A stretch of DNA of 64,000 bases from Candidatus Thorarchaeota archaeon. GTDB taxonomy: Archaea > Asgardarchaeota > Thorarchaeia > Thorarchaeales > Thorarchaeaceae. The position numbers and the translations under genes are program-made. The stretch is taken from NCBI GenBank assembly GCA_003345595.1, contig PRDI01000075.1:11276-75275 (forward strand), read 5' to 3'. The notes under the pieces were generated by a model. That model ran no database searches. It was given only the letters and a program-made list of their open reading frames with translations, and was not told the origin of the DNA. Positions within the stretch are counted from its first letter, which is position 1. Each line of letters opens with the position of its first letter. Positions 58,329 to 64,000 of this stretch are shown in pieces.

Positions 58329-58676
58329 ATGAGTTTTCTCAAGGCTCCTCTCAAGAACATCTTCCAGCGCATGTTTGGTCGATGGGACAAGAGCCCACAG
58401 GACCAAATCTTCTATGTCAAGGCTTTCTTTGCCATCGTAAGCGCTCTGGTCTGTACGGCCGGGGGACAGGCGTTTGCTGGCGTGAGAGGTCTGATGTTTG
58501 GCCTTCTGGTGTATGTCTTGACGCTTTTCGTCATCGTCTACTTGATGGATGTGGACCCAGACTCGATTGGAGGCAGGACGAAGTTGATCACCAATGCTCT
58601 TCCGTCATACCTATTGCTATGGGTAGTCCTGTGGACTCTATTCTATGCATTTGTAGTGCCAGTCAGTCTTCTTTAG
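58329..58676 (+). CDS. EMC6/Rab5ip-like three-TM membrane protein
   Basis: Three TM helices; GLMFGLLVY and C-terminal SYLLLWVVLWTLFY resemble the EMC6 FVLFWTFLY motif. Confidence 0.7.
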   Translation: MSFLKAPLKNIFQRMFGRWDKSPQDQIFYVKAFFAIVSALVCTAGGQAFAGVRGLMFGLLVYVLTLFVIVYLMDVDPDSIGGRTKLITNALPSYLLLWVVLWTLFYAFVVPVSLL

Positions 58677-58895
58677 GGCCCATGTCTTGTCTGTTCACTG
58701 GCGTGAGTGTCTTGTAGTGGGAGTATTATCACCTCCGCGGAAAACCCATGCATAACCGATAGAGAGCAGATGACTCTTCAAGCCCATTCAATCTCACTAG
58801 TGGTTATCACAACAAGTTTCATCTTCATTGCGAACCTCACAAGTGAGAGAACGGTTGGAACCTCTTCACGTCGCTATAAGGGGTGACCCCTAGCT

Positions 58896-59381
58896 ATGGA
58901 CCAGCTTGACCGGGAACTCATTAGGCTACTGCAGAAGGACTCTCGTCTGTCCTTTACCAGCATAGCGAAGGAGCTCAAGAAGCCAGACACAACGGTTCAT
59001 TTCAGAATGCGCAGACTGATAAAAGACGGGATTGTGTCGAGGTTCAGCGCACTTGTGAAACCGGAGGCCTTCGGTTATGGCTGTGCCGGTCTATTCAGGA
59101 TTGAGATTGGTGGACATATTCTCCCGGAGATAAGCAAGGAAAGGGCCTCCACATTTGCCAGAGAGATTGCTGAAGATGAGTCATACCTCCTCGTAGCCGT
59201 CGATGAGGAGCCGATGACGATCCACGCTGTCGTGATGGGCGCCAACGTCGAGGAAATTGAGAAGCGGGCGGATGTGCTCAGGAAATCACCAGATGTGGTC
59301 AAGGTCACGGTTACCCGTATCGACAAGATCGTGAAAGGCTGGGAACTCACCGGAGAATCATTGGCGGAGAGTAGAACATGA
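58896..59381 (+). CDS. Lrp/AsnC family transcriptional regulator
   Basis: DQLDRELIRLLQKDSRLSF..IAKEL...TV..R..RL..DGIV. Confidence 0.92.
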   Translation: MDQLDRELIRLLQKDSRLSFTSIAKELKKPDTTVHFRMRRLIKDGIVSRFSALVKPEAFGYGCAGLFRIEIGGHILPEISKERASTFAREIAEDESYLLVAVDEEPMTIHAVVMGANVEEIEKRADVLRKSPDVVKVTVTRIDKIVKGWELTGESLAESRT

Positions 59382-60136
59382 CGAAGGCGATGACAGGCAT
59401 TCCTGGGCTGGATGATCTCATAGGTGGTGGATTTGTCGAGGGAAGCACAGTCCTTCTGTCTGGCTGCACGGGCACTGGCAAGACAATCTTTGGTCTTCAG
59501 TTCCTTTACAGCGGCGCGAAGCATTTTGGCGAACCGGGTATCTTCGTTACACTTGAAACCCGCCCGAAGGAACTGAGATCTGAGGCGCTACAGTTTGGCT
59601 GGGACCTCAAGGATCTTGAGGAGCAGAAGAAGATCATCATAATCGATGCCGCATCAAGCAAGGCTGGACTGCCAACTTCGGAGAAGTACACATTGCGGCG
59701 CGGGTTCGACATGAGCAACCTTGCAGAGGAGGTCTACCGTGCTGTAGAAGAGATAAAGGCACGGCGGCTGGTGATTGATAGTCTGTCAGGACTTGGTGTC
59801 CGGTTCAGCGAGCCCTCAGAGGTCAGGAATGATCTGTTCAGGATTGGAGCACTGTTGGGAGAACTCAATGTCACATCTCTGGTCATAGGCGAAGTGAATG
59901 ACCCTGCCACTCTTAGCAGGGCTGGGGTTGAGCAGTTCGTCGTCCAAGGTCTGATTGTGCTCAGTCTGTCTGAGGTGGAAGGGGTCCTTCAAAGGAATCT
60001 TCTGATTTGGAAGATGCGGCAGACAACTCACAGCATGAAGAAGCATTCAATAGTGATCACAAACAAGGGCATTGAAATAGGTGTCAGCAAGCCGGAGCGC
60101 AAGAAGCCTAGGGCTCATAGGACTGCAAGTAACTGA
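59378..60136 (+). CDS. KaiC/RAD55-like single-domain ATPase
   Basis: TGIPGLD, GCTGTGKT, RLVIDSL, KMRQT.HS; ATGA overlap with the Lrp gene. Confidence 0.9.
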   Translation: MTKAMTGIPGLDDLIGGGFVEGSTVLLSGCTGTGKTIFGLQFLYSGAKHFGEPGIFVTLETRPKELRSEALQFGWDLKDLEEQKKIIIIDAASSKAGLPTSEKYTLRRGFDMSNLAEEVYRAVEEIKARRLVIDSLSGLGVRFSEPSEVRNDLFRIGALLGELNVTSLVIGEVNDPATLSRAGVEQFVVQGLIVLSLSEVEGVLQRNLLIWKMRQTTHSMKKHSIVITNKGIEIGVSKPERKKPRAHRTASN

Positions 60137-60618
60137 GCTGCCAGATATCCCACTAACAGGAACGGAAGCAAGGGAGGCCTGCTATCGGCGGCTTTTCCAA
60201 TACTCTGTTGGCTCTTAGAGTGCTGTGAGCAGAGATACCCTCCTAACAACATGACTGCCATCTGAAGAGCAGCCGACAACACGGCCTCATACAAAGGGCT
60301 TCCGAGTACCGAGAGCTCTGCGCCCGGACTAATGAGAGCGACTGCGCACAGGAGCTTGACATCCGCTCCTCCCAACGCCCCGAGTCTAAAGAGGACATAC
60401 GATAGTGGGGCAACAAAGAGTACAGAGGACAGGCGCAGTATGGGCTCAACTAGGAGTCGGCCTGCGAGCAGCGCCACGGCCAGACCGGTCAGATAGGTCA
60501 TCACAACGATTCGGTTGGTGACTTTCCGGCTACGGATGTCCATTATGCTGCAGACGATAAGAAGAAGCATCACTGTGAGGAACACGACCAGCGATCCAAT
60601 TGACAGATCGAGCACCAT
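60115..60618 (-). CDS. Prepilin peptidase A24 family
   Basis: MDIRSRKVTN and LGGADVK aspartate motifs, PLLPFL, TM helices. Confidence 0.88.
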   Translation of the reverse strand: MVLDLSIGSLVVFLTVMLLLIVCSIMDIRSRKVTNRIVVMTYLTGLAVALLAGRLLVEPILRLSSVLFVAPLSYVLFRLGALGGADVKLLCAVALISPGAELSVLGSPLYEAVLSAALQMAVMLLGGYLCSQHSKSQQSIGKAADSRPPLLPFLLVGYLAAQLLAVL

Positions 60619-60815
60619 GTTCTGCTGAGTTCTCCTCGTTTGTCTTCATGTACAGGTCTTGCCAATATAATCATCCCCTGATTACAGGTGTGGTGTCTGT
60701 CCGCCTTGAAACGGCATATAGCAACACAGATTAGGTGGCTATTGAACGCGGCAGACCTCGTGCGTGGACATAGCACCCAATCTCCTCGCAGACCTACAGA
60801 ACGGAACTGATCATC

Positions 60816-61700
60816 ATGAAAGACCCCTCACAAGTGATCCATGACTGCGCAGTACGACTGCTGAAGATGGCAGTGACCAAGCTTCCGAAGGATGTTGAGG
60901 CGGCTCTGAGAGCTGCTGAGAAGAGTGAGGACGACCCGACAGCCAAGACTCAGCTCTCAGCTATTCTATCTAATCTGGAGCTTGCTGCCACTGGCGTGCC
61001 AATGTGTCAAGACACTGGTGTCATTATCTACTACGTTAAGGTCGGTGACAAGTTTCCATACTCCGGAATGATTCAAGACGCGCTTGTGAAAGCCACAAGA
61101 AGGGCTACAGAAGAGATACCCTTGCGGCCAAATGCGGTCCATCCATTTACCGGAGTCAATTCGGGCGACAACACAGGTGAGAAGATCCCCTGGGTCAACT
61201 GGGAGATTGTGCCCGGCGACTCTGTTGAGATCACTGTGTTTCCGAAGGGTGGTGGCAGTGAGAACGTGTCAATCGTGGGGATGCTCAAGCCCGGGGTTGG
61301 CTTGTCTGGAGTGAAGAAGTTGATAGTGGATAATGCAATGAAGTACATGGGTGAGGCCTGCTCGCCAAACATAATCGGTGTAGGAATAGGCGGTGGTGCT
61401 GACATAGCCATCAAGATTGCCAAGCAACAGCTCCTCAGGCCTCTAGATGACACTCATCCCGAGCCCGCAGTCGCTAAGATGGAGAAGGAGCTAATGGAAG
61501 CTCTCAACATGACGGGGATTGGGCCTATGGGCCTAGGAGGCAAAACAACCGTACTCGGCGTGAAGATTGGATATGCAATGCGTCACCCCGCCAGCCTCCC
61601 CGTTGGAGTTGCAGTTCAATGTTGGGCTGCACGAAGGAGCACAGCAGTCATCTCAAAAGACTTGAAGATCGAGTATCTGACACACCCAGGAGGCAAGTGA
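60816..61700 (+). CDS. Fe-S fumarate hydratase alpha subunit
   Basis: PMCQDTG, LRPNAV, KGGGSEN, ACSP..IGVGIGG, GPMGLGG, HPAS, CWAAR. Confidence 0.93.
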   Translation: MKDPSQVIHDCAVRLLKMAVTKLPKDVEAALRAAEKSEDDPTAKTQLSAILSNLELAATGVPMCQDTGVIIYYVKVGDKFPYSGMIQDALVKATRRATEEIPLRPNAVHPFTGVNSGDNTGEKIPWVNWEIVPGDSVEITVFPKGGGSENVSIVGMLKPGVGLSGVKKLIVDNAMKYMGEACSPNIIGVGIGGGADIAIKIAKQQLLRPLDDTHPEPAVAKMEKELMEALNMTGIGPMGLGGKTTVLGVKIGYAMRHPASLPVGVAVQCWAARRSTAVISKDLKIEYLTHPGGK

Positions 61701-61701
61701 A

Positions 61702-62310
61702 ATGGCCGAGTATCATCTCACTACTCCCATCTCAGAGGCAGATGCCAGAAAACTGAAAGTCGGTGACATCGTGTACGTTTCCGGCGATCGCGTGTACACT
61801 GCCAGAGACGCGGCTCACGAGCGCGCCCTGGAGCTCTTGAAGAAGGGCGAGAAGCCGCCAGTTGACTTCAGTGGAAGCGTTGTGTATCATGTAGGCCCCG
61901 TCGCATGGAAGAAAGCAGGCAAGTGGCAAATCGTGTCAGCAGGTCCAACGACAAGCACTCGGATGGAGCTGTTCGAGGACGAGTTCCTGCGCGGGTACAA
62001 GGCGAGGATAATAGTCGGAAAGGGTGGAATGGGTCCGAAGACACTTGCGGCGCTGAAAGAGGTCGGCGCTGTATACTGTAGCTACACGGGTGGTTGTGGG
62101 GCACTTGCAGCCAAGGGTCTAAAGGAGGTCCGAGCTTACGAGTGGCAGGACTTGGGGATGCCCGAGGCTCTCTGGGTGATAACTGCTCAGGATTTCGGTC
62201 CTCTTCTTGTGACAATGGACTCGCATGGCAATAGCCTGCACGAAGTGGTTTCGAAGAAGGTCGAGGCGAAGAAGACCGAGGTCTACGCGAAAATCGGTGT
62301 AAAGCCCTAG
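61702..62310 (+). CDS. Fe-S fumarate hydratase beta subunit
   Basis: TARDAAH, YHVGP, AGPTTSTRM, GKGGM, LGMPEA, DSHGNSL. Confidence 0.93.
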   Translation: MAEYHLTTPISEADARKLKVGDIVYVSGDRVYTARDAAHERALELLKKGEKPPVDFSGSVVYHVGPVAWKKAGKWQIVSAGPTTSTRMELFEDEFLRGYKARIIVGKGGMGPKTLAALKEVGAVYCSYTGGCGALAAKGLKEVRAYEWQDLGMPEALWVITAQDFGPLLVTMDSHGNSLHEVVSKKVEAKKTEVYAKIGVKP

Positions 62311-62407
62311 GCTGAGTCTTCAGACATTGTACTACAGCCTACTGTGCTGTCCATATTGCCTCTGCAAGACGCAGAAGCCCTCTCAAACCCCATCTCAGAC
62401 TAGTGAC

Positions 62408-62509
62408 TCACGTCCGTAGCGCAACCAAGATTGGCACAGTTATGCCGTAAACCGTGACAATGATCAAGACGAGTAACGCTATGACCATGAGGGCATCTTC
62501 GGTGTCCAT
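62408..62509 (-). CDS. 33-aa single-pass membrane micro-protein
   Basis: MDTEDALMVIALLVLIIVTVYGITVPILVALRT*; ATG with GGGTG SD-like motif. Confidence 0.5.
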   Translation of the reverse strand: MDTEDALMVIALLVLIIVTVYGITVPILVALRT

Positions 62510-62732
62510 GGTTGAGCACCCTGAACTCTGGTTTCGCCTTTCCACGAAGCCATTTAGAGATAAGGTGTCCAGAGTTTTCTCTTGGAAATTTGGCGCCAAA
62601 CGGCTAAAACCCCTGTGTTCTCAGCAATGGTGAGAGGGAGAAGACGTCTAATCGCTAGACAGCAAGGTATAAACGGCGCCCAACGAGCGACCCGGTCCGA
62701 TTCGGAGAAACCTCTCTTCAGGAGGACTGTGT

Positions 62733-64000
62733 TTGGACTACAAAACCATTGTCTGCGATGTTCTGGTTGTTGGTGCCGGCGGGGCGGGTTGTCGTGCCGC
62801 AATAGAGGCGGCCAAGAACAACTTGGATGTTGTAATGCTAAGTAAGGAACTGCTCGGAAAGGCTCATACCTCTATGGCTGAGGGTGGCTACAATGTCGCT
62901 ATCGGAAATGTGGACCCCGCAGACAATCCCGAGACCCATTTTAAGGACACAGTTGTGGGTGGCAACTACCTGAACAACCAGAAGCTTGTAGAGGTTCTGG
63001 TGAGGGATGCAGCCGAGAGAATCTACGACCTCGAAGAGTTCGGTGCTGTCTTTGATAGGACCCCTGAGGGAAAGATTGCTCAGAGAGCATTCGGCAAGCA
63101 GACGTGGCGGAGGACTGCTTATGCCTCGGACAGGACTGGTTCAGAGATAATGGTCACTCTGACTGAGGCAATCAGGAAGACCTCCGTGAGAGTGTTCGAC
63201 GAGATTTTCGCCACAAGACTGCTTCTTACCGATGGCAGAGTTGCTGGTGTGGCTGCCATTGACTTGAAGTATGGCGACTATCTGGTATTCCGAGCTAGGT
63301 CGGTAGTACTTGCGACAGGTGGAGCCGGCCGCATCTACAAGGTCACAAGCAATGCCCAGCTCGATGTCGGTGACGGCTACGCGATGGCTTACGAGGCAGG
63401 CTGCGAGATGGTTGACATGGAACATGTACAGTTCCACCCAACAGGTCAAGTCAAGCCCGAGTCCGCCCGTGGGCGTCTTGTCACAGAGGCAGTACGTGGA
63501 GAGGGAGGAATCTTGCTCAACAATCGTGGCGAGCGCTTCATGCTCAAGTACTATCCCGAGGTGATCGAGCTTGCAGGCCGTGATCAGGTCACGCGTTCTA
63601 TCATGACCGAGATTATGCAGGGGCGGGGGACTCCTGATGGGGGTGTGTATCTGAGCCTTGCTCACCTTCCGCGGTCCATCATTGACTTCCGACTCGAGAG
63701 CATGGTCGAGCAGTTTGCGGACGCTGGCGTTGACATTCATGAAGAACCCATGGTGGTTTCCCCGACCGCTCATCATTTCATGGGTGGCATCAAGATCAAC
63801 GAGGAAGCAGCAACGAATATCCCTGGCCTGTACGCTGCAGGTGAATGCACTGGAGGCGTGCATGGCGGCAACAGGCTCGGTGGCAATGCCCTTGCAGACA
63901 CTCAGGTCTTCGGTGCGCTTGCTGGAGCGAAAGCAGCACAGTTCGCCAAGAGCAAGAGTCTGCCCGGTTTCAACAGAGACGAGGCAATGAGGGAGTTCGA
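62733..64000 (+). CDS. Fumarate reductase/succinate dehydrogenase flavoprotein (TfrA/SdhA-like), truncated by the window end
   Basis: TTG start after GGAGG; hand-read DVLVVGAGGAG, KAHTSMAEGG, QFHPTG, TEAVRGEGG, HHFMGG, GVHGGNRLGGNALADTQVFG. Confidence 0.93.
   Translation, partial: MDYKTIVCDVLVVGAGGAGCRAAIEAAKNNLDVVMLSKELLGKAHTSMAEGGYNVAIGNVDPADNPETHFKDTVVGGNYLNNQKLVEVLVRDAAERIYDLEEFGAVFDRTPEGKIAQRAFGKQTWRRTAYASDRTGSEIMVTLTEAIRKTSVRVFDEIFATRLLLTDGRVAGVAAIDLKYGDYLVFRARSVVLATGGAGRIYKVTSNAQLDVGDGYAMAYEAGCEMVDMEHVQFHPTGQVKPESARGRLVTEAVRGEGGILLNNRGERFMLKYYPEVIELAGRDQVTRSIMTEIMQGRGTPDGGVYLSLAHLPRSIIDFRLESMVEQFADAGVDIHEEPMVVSPTAHHFMGGIKINEEAATNIPGLYAAGECTGGVHGGNRLGGNALADTQVFGALAGAKAAQFAKSKSLPGFNRDEAMREF

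Noticed and set aside
1-64000. Selenoproteins or SECIS elements, expected in some Asgard lineages
   Set aside because: No in-frame TGA at a conserved Cys position and no convincing SECIS found by eye
1-64000. CRISPR arrays, transposases, integrases, att repeats at tRNA 3' ends, inteins
   Set aside because: No regularly spaced repeats or mobile-element motifs seen; DP2, TopA and Lhr have ordinary lengths

Overview
This is a gene-dense archaeal chromosome segment, almost certainly from an Asgard archaeon and most consistent with Thorarchaeota. The lineage is inferred from PolD DP2, Elf1, CarS, eukaryote-like STT3, and DC2/OSTC-, EMC6-, Vps29- and PAC4-like genes. Most of the window is housekeeping: replication and repair (RPA, PolD, RadB, XPD, Lhr, TopA, MutS-like, EndoV), translation and RNA processing (eIF2a, S27e, L44e, Nop10, ProRS, Trm5, Taw1, RtcA, Nog1, Rqc2), pterin/C1 metabolism (MptE, FolP, GcvT/H, GlyA), NAD and flavin synthesis, fumarase and a fumarate reductase/SDH flavoprotein. 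There are four tRNA genes, three with introns. No CRISPR array, rRNA or intact mobile element was seen. The main observations are: (1) a dispersed set of eukaryote-like ER translocon/oligosaccharyltransferase parts, including an unannotated 34-aa micro-protein that aligns without gaps to eukaryotic Ost4, a DC2/OSTC-like protein, a Wbp1/OST48-like type-I membrane protein, STT3 with an extra C-terminal domain, Sec61beta and EMC6; (2) three genes that appear to start at non-canonical CTG/ACG codons behind Shine-Dalgarno motifs, one of them missing from the ORF track; (3) tRNAs with non-canonical introns (a two-intron tRNA-Lys and a D-arm intron in tRNA-Ile2). All family assignments come from motif recognition by eye and recalled reference sequences; no database search was run.
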